Positions 10,299 to 20,099 of a stretch of DNA of 64,000 bases are shown here, in pieces; within the stretch, counting starts at the first letter, position 1; each line of letters opens with the position of its first letter. Source of the DNA: an uncultured Gammaproteobacteria bacterium (GTDB taxonomy: Bacteria > Patescibacteriota > Microgenomatia > Levybacterales > GWA1-39-11); NCBI GenBank assembly GCA_964651815.1, contig CAZYWG010000005.1:27053-91052 (forward strand), in the 5' to 3' direction. The position numbers were made by a program, and so were the translations under genes. The notes under the pieces were generated by a model. It was given only the letters and a program-made list of their open reading frames with translations. It was not told the DNA's origin and did not search any database.

Positions 10299-10625
10299 TT
10301 ATTTTTTTAGATTGTCTTTCAATAACAAAAGTGCTCCGGTAAACAAAAGAAAATAGCTTACATTTCCTAAAATCTCAGCAAGAAAATTGCTATTTATAAG
10401 AACTAGCAGCATCATTGCAAAAAAAAGTGAAACTCCAATTTTAATAAGACTTATCCCGTTTAATCCTGCAATAAATAAAATGCCAATCCACATAAATCCC
10501 GTTATTGAATATGGCAAGTACAAGTTAAGGTAAGGAATCTGTGGTAGTATAAAAAGACTAAAAGTAATTAATATTAAACCAACATAAAGTCCTTGTTTGT
10601 TAAAAGAAATTCTATTTTTTTCCAT
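10299..10625 (-). CDS. Small integral membrane protein, about 108 aa
   Basis: 3-4 hydrophobic segments; ATG at 10625 (MEKNRISF) preferred over 10679 to limit overlap; stop abuts the next start. Confidence 0.65.
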   Translation of the reverse strand: MEKNRISFNKQGLYVGLILITFSLFILPQIPYLNLYLPYSITGFMWIGILFIAGLNGISLIKIGVSLFFAMMLLVLINSNFLAEILGNVSYFLLFTGALLLLKDNLKK

Positions 10626-13600
10626 TCTTGCGACTATTGCTCCATAGTATATATGCAACCTGCAAAATAATAAACCCAAAAGTCAAAACAAGTCCTATTG
10701 AAAATAATTTTTGATTTTTAAATTGTAAACTAATCGTGGAATCCCCATTAGTATTCATACCCCAAGCATTTGCATAACCATTCATAACAAAATGGTTATC
10801 ATTCTTTTCATTGTTCGCATACATTTCCCATAGTGGAGAGTACCTTTCCGAAAAGAACAATATATATGGCTCTGTTGCTCCTTTAATGTCTACTCTATAA
10901 AGAGTTGGGTTTATTTTTGTAAATGAAACTTTTGGAGTACCATTAACTTTTTGTGACATATTTGTATAACTAAAAATTTCGGGAGTAACAATTTCCGTAA
11001 CTTGAATTTGCTTAAAAACCTGCGCTGGATCTATATCTTTTGCGGAACAAAACATAACATTTGCTCCCGTATCATTTGATTTTCCTGAAAACTGGACGTT
11101 AACTGAATCTTCTATTGAATCCGGAAAATTCAATTCAATGTCAGGAACCAAAGAATGTGGTTTTAGATTTTTTGAGCTCTCAGTTGTAAATGGAATATAA
11201 TACCTAAATACATACATAGATCCTCCTAAATGGGAATCAACATCTGCCGTTATAAGATACTTTTTTAAACCAGAATACGCAGGTATTGAAGATGTAATAC
11301 AATTAAGATCTTCTCCTTTGATTGTTGCAGGTTTGCCCACAGATCTTGTAAATAAATTTGGCATTGAAAAGTTAAGCGTTAATTGTTTATCTTGATGGTT
11401 TGTGGGAATTTCCTGATTTAGATTTAAATCCGAAAAAGCAAATTTTTGTCCGTCTATCTCATATGAAACAGGCAGAACAACATTTCCCTGAATATCACGT
11501 GGGAGTGTGTTTGAATTTAGATCTATTTTTCCACCAGAATTTGTAATGTCGTAAACATATGTATTTCTCCAGTGATTTGGATTTAACTCAGTATATATAT
11601 CACGATTAATATTTTTCATTTTTTCTGTATCTCGGATGAGACTTGACGCAATAGGATTTTGTAAATCTAGCTTGGAGAGATCAAGTCCATGATTTAAAAT
11701 CAACAACTGTAAAGTCATATAATCTTGAATACGCTTTATTTCACTGTAATTCTCGCTTTTTTTATAACTGTTTAAATAAATTGAATACAGCTGATCCAAA
11801 TAGTCTGACAAAAGATGTAGAGACTTCATCCACGTGGGCGAGGGATTCGCTTTGAAGTCTATCCTTTGAAGCTCAACCGTTCTTTTAAGCGACAACCCTA
11901 ACAATGCATTTGTCTTCTCATCTATAGTTCCCGCGCGATTAAGGCTTCTTTTTTCGAGCCAAAGTTTTAACGGATAAAAAAATGATGTAGGTAAAATCTT
12001 AGGAGATGTAATATCTGCCGAGATACCGGAAGTAAGAATTCCACAAGAAATGCAAGGAAGACTCGTAAATGTGCCCTGTACAGGAACGCTATTTTTTTCA
12101 TCTTCCGAATTATCTGTAAAATACCTGTAATTCGTGTCAACTATTGCACTGACTGGCGTATCTTTGGCAATTAAGTTCATAGACCCAATTGCCCTAATTT
12201 GTTTTGGGGTAACATCTTTTATTTCATATAAATCCCAGGCACCTTCTTGCCATATTTTACTGAAAACATCCGTGTTTTTGTCCAAAATCGCAGAATATAA
12301 TTGCGGATCTTCAGATAAGGATTTATCGTAATTAAAGGCAACATCGTGTGTTACCAATATATATTTAACATTTGTACTTTCTGCAAGAGATTTTAATAGT
12401 CTGAAATCACCAGTTCTTAGACTGGAATTCAAAGCACTTATGGTCTCATCTTCTGCAGTGTTATACCCAAATGCATCATTAATAACAAATCCTTTTCCAG
12501 TAACTAATGAAAATATTGGATAGGCAGCCCAATAACCCCAAGTATAAGCTTTTATATCACCAAAGTAGTTTGGGGGCGGGACAACTAACGTTCTGTATTC
12601 ACTTTTTTGTACATTGGCTTTCGCAAGATCCTTTACATAATCGGGAACTTTTAACATTGAACTAAAAGGTGCATCAAATGCAAAATTAGAATTAGTAAAA
12701 AAAGGATAATTGAAAGAAATTACAAAAGCCAAACACAAAATACCGAACAGAATACTTCTTTTAGGTAAAAATTTTACACTTAAGTTTGCAACCGTTACTC
12801 CTATTAGGATCGCAAACGCAAAGTAAACAATCGGCATGAATTTATAATAAGGTGATCGGAAAGCAGCAAATCCGGGTACTTTCTCCATCAATAAAATAAA
12901 TATATTCCCAAGCGGAGGATGAGCTCCTGCAGAAAAAAATAAACCCACCAAGGCAAGTATTACAAAGAAAAGGATATTATTTTTTTCTTTGTGAATTTTA
13001 GTAGTCAGTGGAGCAACAAAAGCTGCTATAGGAAAAATGAAGCTGCCTATGATTAATAATGGATTTTTCAAAAAAGGGTATGACCAAAGAAATGGCTTAT
13101 CATACCAATTGTTGTCACCATTTAGCCTGAAAAGATTTATAAGACTTGTATAAACGCTTATTGACTTAGCCCATTCAACTGCACCACTTACCCCCCCCAC
13201 TATTGTTACCTGATTTCCATATTGCAAATTAAAAGAAGCGAGAAACGGCAGTAAATAATAAGCGTTACTTAGAATAAAAAGTATCCCGCCCCAGAGAAAA
13301 AGTGTTAAAAATCGCTTTACATAATTAAACCCCTCGTTTTTAAAATTTACAAAAAGAAAATATAAAAAAATCAGAGCGGAGGAAATAATCACGGGCCCTA
13401 TCAATGGCACTCCCCGTATTCCCCCGGCACTAAAGAAAAAGTAAACTAAATTAAGATAAATAGCACTTTTTAATGCAGAAGTCTTTTTGTCAATAAACCT
13501 CAGTATAAAAAGTAAAAAAAGTGGAAGAAGAGCGTAGGAAACAAGAATCGCCTGTTCTCCTTGTAGCCAGAAAGAGTAAATATGCAGATTAAATATATAG

Positions 13601-13995
13601 ATAAATACAGCAATAAGACGAGCGGCCCACTGATTTTTTTTAGGAAAAAAATATGATGAAAACGCATACATTGAAAGTGAAAGCGTAAGAAACCAGAATA
13701 CAAATAACACTTTTTGCACATCAAATTGACTAATACCGAGAGCGTTAACTAGGGCAGGAAGAGCGCTAAATATCACTGCCCCAATTTCAATTGACATATC
13801 AACGCCAAAATTATGAGAAGAGAGCCATGAGAATGTCCTCTGTTGAAAATATTGAATATAGTTGATCGCATATCCAGAATCTAACCCAACAACAATATTA
13901 CCCGGCTTAAACCATAAAAGCGGGACAAGACTTATCAGAAAAAGAAAAATAATTTCTCCCAGGATATATTTTTTATTCTTCAGAAATTCCATCAT
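10612..13995 (-). CDS. Large AftD/DUF3367-like GT-C membrane protein with extracellular domains, 1127 aa
   Basis: GLD after TM1, multi-TM N-half with VPGFAAFRSPYYKF, long soluble region, FSERYSPLW/NGYANAW beta domain and terminal TM. Confidence 0.7.
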   Translation of the reverse strand: MMEFLKNKKYILGEIIFLFLISLVPLLWFKPGNIVVGLDSGYAINYIQYFQQRTFSWLSSHNFGVDMSIEIGAVIFSALPALVNALGISQFDVQKVLFVFWFLTLSLSMYAFSSYFFPKKNQWAARLIAVFIYIFNLHIYSFWLQGEQAILVSYALLPLFLLFILRFIDKKTSALKSAIYLNLVYFFFSAGGIRGVPLIGPVIISSALIFLYFLFVNFKNEGFNYVKRFLTLFLWGGILFILSNAYYLLPFLASFNLQYGNQVTIVGGVSGAVEWAKSISVYTSLINLFRLNGDNNWYDKPFLWSYPFLKNPLLIIGSFIFPIAAFVAPLTTKIHKEKNNILFFVILALVGLFFSAGAHPPLGNIFILLMEKVPGFAAFRSPYYKFMPIVYFAFAILIGVTVANLSVKFLPKRSILFGILCLAFVISFNYPFFTNSNFAFDAPFSSMLKVPDYVKDLAKANVQKSEYRTLVVPPPNYFGDIKAYTWGYWAAYPIFSLVTGKGFVINDAFGYNTAEDETISALNSSLRTGDFRLLKSLAESTNVKYILVTHDVAFNYDKSLSEDPQLYSAILDKNTDVFSKIWQEGAWDLYEIKDVTPKQIRAIGSMNLIAKDTPVSAIVDTNYRYFTDNSEDEKNSVPVQGTFTSLPCISCGILTSGISADITSPKILPTSFFYPLKLWLEKRSLNRAGTIDEKTNALLGLSLKRTVELQRIDFKANPSPTWMKSLHLLSDYLDQLYSIYLNSYKKSENYSEIKRIQDYMTLQLLILNHGLDLSKLDLQNPIASSLIRDTEKMKNINRDIYTELNPNHWRNTYVYDITNSGGKIDLNSNTLPRDIQGNVVLPVSYEIDGQKFAFSDLNLNQEIPTNHQDKQLTLNFSMPNLFTRSVGKPATIKGEDLNCITSSIPAYSGLKKYLITADVDSHLGGSMYVFRYYIPFTTESSKNLKPHSLVPDIELNFPDSIEDSVNVQFSGKSNDTGANVMFCSAKDIDPAQVFKQIQVTEIVTPEIFSYTNMSQKVNGTPKVSFTKINPTLYRVDIKGATEPYILFFSERYSPLWEMYANNEKNDNHFVMNGYANAWGMNTNGDSTISLQFKNQKLFSIGLVLTFGFIILQVAYILWSNSRKNGKK
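13191..13198 (-). repeat. G8 homopolymer in coding strand
   Basis: CCCCCCCC on plus strand; GTG GGG GGG GTA (VGGV). Confidence 0.9.
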
Positions 13996-13999
13996 TAAA

Positions 14000-15025
14000 T
14001 CAATCTTTATATTCTTGAATGCTACCGGCCAAATATTTGTAATAAGAGAGTCTCGGGTTCCGGGTTATATATTTTTTAAGATCAGAGTCTGAGATGACAC
14101 GAATTTTTTTTTGTATTTTTTTTCTTTTTTTGAGTAAGTCAGGCATTTTTAAAACCCAACATATATTCCCTTTTTGAACTGAATATGCCTTAGGTAAATC
14201 CCCTTTAATGATAGATAATAAAACAAATATCTCGCCCATTATAAATTGCACAGGAAGAATCTTTACGAGTTCACGAATGCTAAAATTTTTAACATAAGAA
14301 TAGTATCTATTGCGGAATGACCTAAAAAGTGAATCGTTACTGCTTGTCATGGTCAGTGTGTCTCCTCCACCCCAATGATAGACTACGCTTGTTGGATCGT
14401 ATAAAACTTTTTTCCCGGAAAGCCACATTCTATGGCAAAGGTCTGTCTCCTCAACATATGACAAAAATGATTCATCAAGACCTCCCAGATCTAGATAATC
14501 TTTTTTTGAGATTATAAAACATGCGCCTTTTATTGAATACCCAAACATTTTATCTTTGTATTTTTTCAACTTCCACGGCTTCATATAACCAAAGTGATAA
14601 AGAAATCCTGTCCAAGTCATGAAAGACGCCACAGAATCAAGAAGATCTGTATGAATCATACTTCTAATCTGTGGTTGAATAATTCCAATAGTCTTGTCAT
14701 TTTCCAGCTGCTCAACCAGAGGTGTTAGAAAATTAGGCGTCACTGCTGCATCGTTATCAATTGCCAAAATATATTTACCGGATGCTTTTGAAACTCCTAA
14801 ATTTTTGCCGCCTGCGTACCCAATGTTTTTCTTTAAATTTACGAGTTTTACGTTAGGATAACTCCTCTTAACGAATTCTTCGCTGTCATCAGTTGATCCA
14901 TTATTTATAACAACAATTTCAAATCTCGGGTACTTAAGTTTTTCTATTGATAAAAGGCATTTTTCAAGTCGTTTTTTACCGTTCCAATTTAATATTACAA
15001 AGGAAACAAGGGGGTAATTTTTCAT
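14000..15025 (-). CDS. Glycosyltransferase family 2
   Basis: VILNWNG, NNGSTD, IDND, GACF, YVEETDLCHR; start re-called at the ATGA overlap (MKNYPLVS). Confidence 0.9.
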   Translation of the reverse strand: MKNYPLVSFVILNWNGKKRLEKCLLSIEKLKYPRFEIVVINNGSTDDSEEFVKRSYPNVKLVNLKKNIGYAGGKNLGVSKASGKYILAIDNDAAVTPNFLTPLVEQLENDKTIGIIQPQIRSMIHTDLLDSVASFMTWTGFLYHFGYMKPWKLKKYKDKMFGYSIKGACFIISKKDYLDLGGLDESFLSYVEETDLCHRMWLSGKKVLYDPTSVVYHWGGGDTLTMTSSNDSLFRSFRNRYYSYVKNFSIRELVKILPVQFIMGEIFVLLSIIKGDLPKAYSVQKGNICWVLKMPDLLKKRKKIQKKIRVISDSDLKKYITRNPRLSYYKYLAGSIQEYKD

Positions 15026-15891
15026 ATTTTGTTTTCCTGGAGAAATTCTAAGTATTTCTTCAAAGATAATTTCCAATGAGGAAGTTTTATGTTTAGTGAA
15101 TTCAATTTTGCCGTATTTAAAGCAGTAAATATTGGAGTCCTAACTCCTCCATAAATTCCATGTCTATCAACGGGTTTTACTTTTAATTTTAGCTCTCTCA
15201 CTTTTACTATTTCTTGCGCAAATTCGGCAGAAGATGCATGCCCCTCATTTACCACGTTAAAAACACCAGTAGCCTTCTTTTTAATAAGAGCAAGCACTCC
15301 CAAAGCGAGATCTGGGGCGTAGGCAAAACTTGAAACCTGTTCTGAAGAGATTTCAATTTCTGAAACTTTTTTTGCCTGATTTAAAATGTATAGAACAAAA
15401 TTTCCTTTTTTTTCACGGCTTCCTTCAACTCCGCCAAAAATAATTGATGTTCTGACAACGATACTATTAGAGTTATAATTTAATGTTGCAATTTCGCCAG
15501 CAAATTTAGATAGTCCGTACATTTGAATAGGATTGGCTAGATCTGTCTCTTTGTATGGCTGTATCTTTTCCCCATCAAACACTTTGTCCGTTGAAAAATA
15601 AACGAGTTTTATTTTTCCCTCACGGCAAATATCCGCTAACATTTTTTCAGCAGCAGAATTAATCGCAAACGCGCGCTCCGGAAATTTTTCGCATTCGGGA
15701 ACTACGTGATATGCCGCCGTATTAATAACTACGTCCGGTTTGACTTCTTTTATTTTTTCTCGAACTCGATTGTAATCTAGTATATTTAAATCCTTTTGAC
15801 CAAAAGAGAATTTTTCGTATTTAAGTTTTCTGGAAAGTTTATCTATTTCTCGGCCTACTTGCCCGTTTTTACCAATAAGAAGTATTTTCAT
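15022..15891 (-). CDS. rfbD: NDP-4-dehydrorhamnose reductase (RmlD/RfbD family)
   Basis: GKNGQVG, INTAAY, STDKVFDG, YGLSKFAGE; start re-called at MKILLIG. Confidence 0.85.
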   Translation of the reverse strand: MKILLIGKNGQVGREIDKLSRKLKYEKFSFGQKDLNILDYNRVREKIKEVKPDVVINTAAYHVVPECEKFPERAFAINSAAEKMLADICREGKIKLVYFSTDKVFDGEKIQPYKETDLANPIQMYGLSKFAGEIATLNYNSNSIVVRTSIIFGGVEGSREKKGNFVLYILNQAKKVSEIEISSEQVSSFAYAPDLALGVLALIKKKATGVFNVVNEGHASSAEFAQEIVKVRELKLKVKPVDRHGIYGGVRTPIFTALNTAKLNSLNIKLPHWKLSLKKYLEFLQENKI

Positions 15892-15917
15892 CCGGAATAA
15901 TATGGGCAGAATAAAAC

Positions 15918-16367
15918 CTATCTCATAACAATATCCCAAGAATATGGAATTTTTTTATCGAACGGATCTATACGTGTCATTTCTGTTGGATCATGAGGCA
16001 TATCGGGACAACTTGCAAGAATTGATGGTTTGGTACCGATTGTTTTGTAACCGTTTACAACGCCTATTGGAATTTGAACCAAACAATAATTATCATCTCC
16101 AATAAATATTTCTTGAATTTCTTTATACGTTTTGGAACTTTTTCTGTCGTCATACAAAACAAGCTTAACCATTCCTTCAATTACACAATAGTTCAGAGTC
16201 ATTTTTTTATGGAGATGCCAACCTTTTATTACTCCCGGGTACGCTTTTGAAAAATAAATTTCTCCAAATGTTGAAAACTCGGGGTCACTAGATCTCAGCA
16301 TATGCATAATTGTTCCTCGCTCATCTGGTATTTTTTTAAGTTGTTTAACTATAACTCCTTCAATCAT
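15918..16367 (-). CDS. rfbC: NDP-4-keto-6-deoxyhexose 3,5-epimerase family cupin (RmlC/RfbC-like)
   Basis: MIEGV, DERG, PGVIKGWHLH, LYDDRKSS, IPYSW. Confidence 0.8.
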   Translation of the reverse strand: MIEGVIVKQLKKIPDERGTIMHMLRSSDPEFSTFGEIYFSKAYPGVIKGWHLHKKMTLNYCVIEGMVKLVLYDDRKSSKTYKEIQEIFIGDDNYCLVQIPIGVVNGYKTIGTKPSILASCPDMPHDPTEMTRIDPFDKKIPYSWDIVMR

Positions 16368-16427
16368 ATTTTTATAAATCTACCGAATATAGTAACATAA
16401 TTTTGTGGCTTTATAAAGGCACGAGGA

Positions 16428-17468
16428 TTATTTTTCCCAAAAGAGATTTTTATCTATTTTTCCGTCATCAATTAATTTTTTTAAAACGGAAAGTCTTGTA
16501 TATTTACCGGATTCAAAATCCTTTTTTCCGTAATTAACAGATTTCAATTCACTTATTAAATTTTTAACCGAGCGATTCATACCCCATTTCTGATTCACCT
16601 CAGGGAAAAATTTGTAAAAAAGATCAAATTTGACTTTGTAACTTCTGGTGTCGCTGCCATGCTCTCCGGTAAAAACTATTTTACAGGATGGCAAGTTTTT
16701 TTTGACTATTCCAACAAGATCTTTTACTTGAAAGTTACTATCGTTAAATCCTATGTTAATAACTCGCCCGTTGAGACTGTCTTTTTTTGTCTCCAAAAAC
16801 AGAATAAATATATCAGAAAGATCCCTAACATCAATTAAAGGTCTCCATGGTGTGCCGTCGCTCATGATTCTAATTTCACCATAAGCTAGTGCAGTTGTTA
16901 CTAAATTGTTTACTACTAAATCATTCCTAAATCTTGGCGAAAACCCGTAAACCGTGGAGTTCCTCATAAGACCTACAAAAAAATTAGAATCAGCGAGTTT
17001 TTTTAAAGCATTCTCCGTGTCAATTTTAGACTTAGCATACGCTGTTAATGGATTCACTTTTGATGTTTCATCAACTACTCCACTTTTAGCAATACCATAT
17101 ATACTGCATGAAGAAGAAAAAAGAAACTTTTTAACTCCTGCTTTTTTCGCGAGTTTTGCAAGACGGACTGATGATCTATAGTTAATTTCACGGGTTAAAC
17201 CGGGATTAATTTCACCCATAGGATCATTCGACAAAGCGCTTAAGTGAATTATTGCATCAAATCCTCTAACATCGCTTGTTTCCAACAACCTAACATCTTT
17301 TGTAATTTTCCGATATTTTGCAAGCGAATTTTTTGGAACCAAACTATCATTAAAAAACCCTGCGTCAATACCCGTAACGTCATAACCTTTATCCAAAAGC
17401 TTTGGAACAAGCACAGAACCTATATATCCGCGGTCCCCCGTTACTAAAATTTTCTTTAAATTATTCAT
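16428..17468 (-). CDS. NAD-dependent epimerase/dehydratase (SDR)
   Basis: TGDRGYIG, HLSALSNDP, SSSCSIYG, YAKSK; start re-called at the ATGA overlap (MNNLKK). Confidence 0.9.
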   Translation of the reverse strand: MNNLKKILVTGDRGYIGSVLVPKLLDKGYDVTGIDAGFFNDSLVPKNSLAKYRKITKDVRLLETSDVRGFDAIIHLSALSNDPMGEINPGLTREINYRSSVRLAKLAKKAGVKKFLFSSSCSIYGIAKSGVVDETSKVNPLTAYAKSKIDTENALKKLADSNFFVGLMRNSTVYGFSPRFRNDLVVNNLVTTALAYGEIRIMSDGTPWRPLIDVRDLSDIFILFLETKKDSLNGRVINIGFNDSNFQVKDLVGIVKKNLPSCKIVFTGEHGSDTRSYKVKFDLFYKFFPEVNQKWGMNRSVKNLISELKSVNYGKKDFESGKYTRLSVLKKLIDDGKIDKNLFWEK

Positions 17469-18187
17469 TTTTTTGCTCTTAAAATCAATAGATGTGAATG
17501 GCGAGGATCTAAAGAACACAACAGTTTTGAAATTATTCCAAAAAACGGGAAATACCCTACTCCAATCACAGTTTCGATTTGAAAACCATACTCCAGAAAA
17601 ACATCAGTTAAAGTTTTGTACGCTAAAACTTTGTTATGACTTAATTCACCAAGACTATCCCCTTTTTCAACAATAAAACCCCCGTTCGAAGCAAATGGAT
17701 TACCTAGCGGTCTATCTGCCAAACCGTAAGCAGATGAAAAAGGTTGCCATCCCAAAAAAAGTGAAAATATGTTCGGCCAACTGGCAAGATTATCTGTAGC
17801 AATTAAAATGTATCCACCTTTTTTAAGGATTCTTTTTGCTTCCTGAATAAAAATGTTAATATTGTAAAGGTGCTCAAGACTAAAGTGGCTTATCACAATG
17901 TCAAAATAATTATCTTTCAATGGAAGCTTGTGATTAATATTTGCTGAAATAATTTTGATTTTACTTTTGTTGATTTGTCGTTTTATTTTCCCTGGTTCTA
18001 TTCCTATTATTTCCTTAGCGGTTGCTTTTTCAGCAAACAACAACGTAAGTCTTCCGTCGCCGCAACCAAGATCCGCGAGTTTAGCATTCTTTTTGGGTTT
18101 TATAAGATTTATAAATGCGGTATTTTCTTCTTGTGTCCATTGTGTTTCGAAAATATACTTTGCATAACTTTTAAATATTGAGACCAT
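17465..18187 (-). CDS. Class I SAM-dependent methyltransferase
   Basis: ADLGCGDG, LPLKDNYFDIV, LEHL, RILKKGG; paralog of 2158..2892. Confidence 0.9.
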   Translation of the reverse strand: MVSIFKSYAKYIFETQWTQEENTAFINLIKPKKNAKLADLGCGDGRLTLLFAEKATAKEIIGIEPGKIKRQINKSKIKIISANINHKLPLKDNYFDIVISHFSLEHLYNINIFIQEAKRILKKGGYILIATDNLASWPNIFSLFLGWQPFSSAYGLADRPLGNPFASNGGFIVEKGDSLGELSHNKVLAYKTLTDVFLEYGFQIETVIGVGYFPFFGIISKLLCSLDPRHSHLLILRAKK

Positions 18188-18193
18188 AAAAAT

Positions 18194-18994
18194 TTATCTC
18201 CAGACTTTCCATTTTGGATCCTTTTTCCATTGTTTGTTTAATTCTTCCATATCTTGGTATGTATCCATTGCTGCCCAAAAGCCTTCATGTATAAAAACGG
18301 CCAATTGCTTATCGTCACACATTCTTGGAAATGCATCATGAATCATTTCTCCAGGTTTAAGATAGTCAAAAATCTTGGTTGAAAATATCATAAAACCTCC
18401 ATTGACATATTGATTAAACTTGGGCTTTTCTTGAAATCTTTTTATCATCCCGTCCTTATCTGAAATAATAAGGCCCCATTTAGATTTAGGATGAACACCT
18501 GTAATAACTCCAGTAATTTTCTTTTGTTCATAGAATTTTAGGAGATCGTTTATATTTATATCAGAAACTCCATCACCATAAGTCACCATGAATTTATCGC
18601 CTTTCAGATATTTTCTGACTTTTGCAAGCCTGTCACCTGTTGACGTTTCCTGGCCCGTATCAACAAAAGTGATGTTAAAATCATCGTGCTTACGTTTGTT
18701 ATTTTTGTGTAAGGATTTATTCCCGGTTTTTGTATTGAGAGAAAAATCATGCTGAAAATATTCTTGATTAATAAAATAATCTTTTATGTAATCTCCTTTA
18801 TAGCCAAGAGCTACAATGAAATTATTAAAACCATAATGTGCGTAAATTTTCATAATATGCCACAGAATAGGTTTTCCCCCAACAGTAACCATAGGCTTTG
18901 GCCGGAATTCAGTTTCTTCTTTCATCCGTGAACCTTGTCCACCACAGAAAATCACAATTGGAATTTTTAATAAATCACTTTTGTCTTTTGACAT
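18194..18994 (-). CDS. rfbF: Glucose-1-phosphate cytidylyltransferase
   Basis: CGGQGSRMKEETEFRPKPMV, ILWHIMKIY, TYGDG, VNGGF, FWAAMDT. Confidence 0.9.
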   Translation of the reverse strand: MSKDKSDLLKIPIVIFCGGQGSRMKEETEFRPKPMVTVGGKPILWHIMKIYAHYGFNNFIVALGYKGDYIKDYFINQEYFQHDFSLNTKTGNKSLHKNNKRKHDDFNITFVDTGQETSTGDRLAKVRKYLKGDKFMVTYGDGVSDININDLLKFYEQKKITGVITGVHPKSKWGLIISDKDGMIKRFQEKPKFNQYVNGGFMIFSTKIFDYLKPGEMIHDAFPRMCDDKQLAVFIHEGFWAAMDTYQDMEELNKQWKKDPKWKVWR

Positions 18995-19000
18995 TTTCGG

Positions 19001-19023
19001 TCCTTGAATGGTAGCAAATTATA
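19001..19023 (-). promoter_or_regulatory. Candidate internal -10 box and RBS for rfbF
   Basis: TATAAT (19018-19023) and AGGA (19001-19004, 6 nt before ATG) in a 58-nt intergenic gap. Confidence 0.45.
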
Positions 19024-19052
19024 TCTTTTTTTACAAGGAAACTAAACTCCTG

Positions 19053-20099
19053 CTAGATTAATTTTTTAGTCCATGTTGCCGGAGTATCCTTTGTAGTTAT
19101 TTCGAGTTTGCTTAAGTATCTAAATTTTTGAGGACCTATGGTTTTTGCCCATTCAATCATTTTTAAAACGCCCTCATCTAAATCAACTGTTGTCTTAAAA
19201 CCTAGGATTTTCTCCGCTTTACCAACTGTACACCAAGCATCCACCACCTCCATGGGCCTAATAGGTATATATTTCGGTTTAAATTTTTTTGGTATTTTAC
19301 CATCCTGAAAAAAATGTTTCAAAACAATTTTAGATAGCTGGTTTATTGTATGTTCCTTTGTTGGTCCTATATTAAAAATCTGGTTCTCAGCTTTTTTTAA
19401 AAATCCTGAATTCATAATGTAGGGAGTAAAATCTTCAATATACGAAAATGCCCTTTTTTGATTGCCGTCACCATATATGTAGTAATTTTTCTTTCTAAGT
19501 AAGCAGTTAATAAATATTCCTATTACATTCCTGTAAGGGTCTGCAATATTCTGTCTTGGACCATATACATTATGCGGACGAATTATTACATATTTGAATC
19601 CATGTACTTGACTTAATATTTCCGTAGAGCGCTCCATTGCTGCTTTTGATATTCCATAAATATCCTCGGGTAATCTCTCCATCCCTTCATCAAACGGTGG
19701 CTTTTGCGATCCATAAACACTCATAGAAGAAGTCAAAATCATTTTTTCAAACCCTATATTGATGCATGGGGTTAATAAGTTTAAGTAAGCCATATAATTC
19801 CTCTCCGTGCAATTTATTGGTGTAAATTGACTCCTACCCTCTGTAGCGTCCGCCGCGAGATGAAAAACTATTTCGGGTCTTACTTTATTGATATATTTAT
19901 CTGTTTTTTTACCATCTCGAAGATCGAGCACCTCAAAAAAACTTTTTGGGTTGATATTTTCTTTATATCCACCGGACAGGTCATCCACTCCGTAAACTCT
20001 ATGTCCCAACTTAATAAGTCCGTCTACCAGATGGCTCCCCATAAAACCTGCTGCACCTGTTACTAGTATTCTCTTTTTTTTGTTAGATTTTTTTTGCAT
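19053..20099 (-). CDS. NAD-dependent epimerase/dehydratase (SDR)
   Basis: TGAAGFMG, SSMSVYG, YGISK, RPHNVYGPRQ. Confidence 0.9.
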   Translation of the reverse strand: MQKKSNKKKRILVTGAAGFMGSHLVDGLIKLGHRVYGVDDLSGGYKENINPKSFFEVLDLRDGKKTDKYINKVRPEIVFHLAADATEGRSQFTPINCTERNYMAYLNLLTPCINIGFEKMILTSSMSVYGSQKPPFDEGMERLPEDIYGISKAAMERSTEILSQVHGFKYVIIRPHNVYGPRQNIADPYRNVIGIFINCLLRKKNYYIYGDGNQKRAFSYIEDFTPYIMNSGFLKKAENQIFNIGPTKEHTINQLSKIVLKHFFQDGKIPKKFKPKYIPIRPMEVVDAWCTVGKAEKILGFKTTVDLDEGVLKMIEWAKTIGPQKFRYLSKLEITTKDTPATWTKKLI

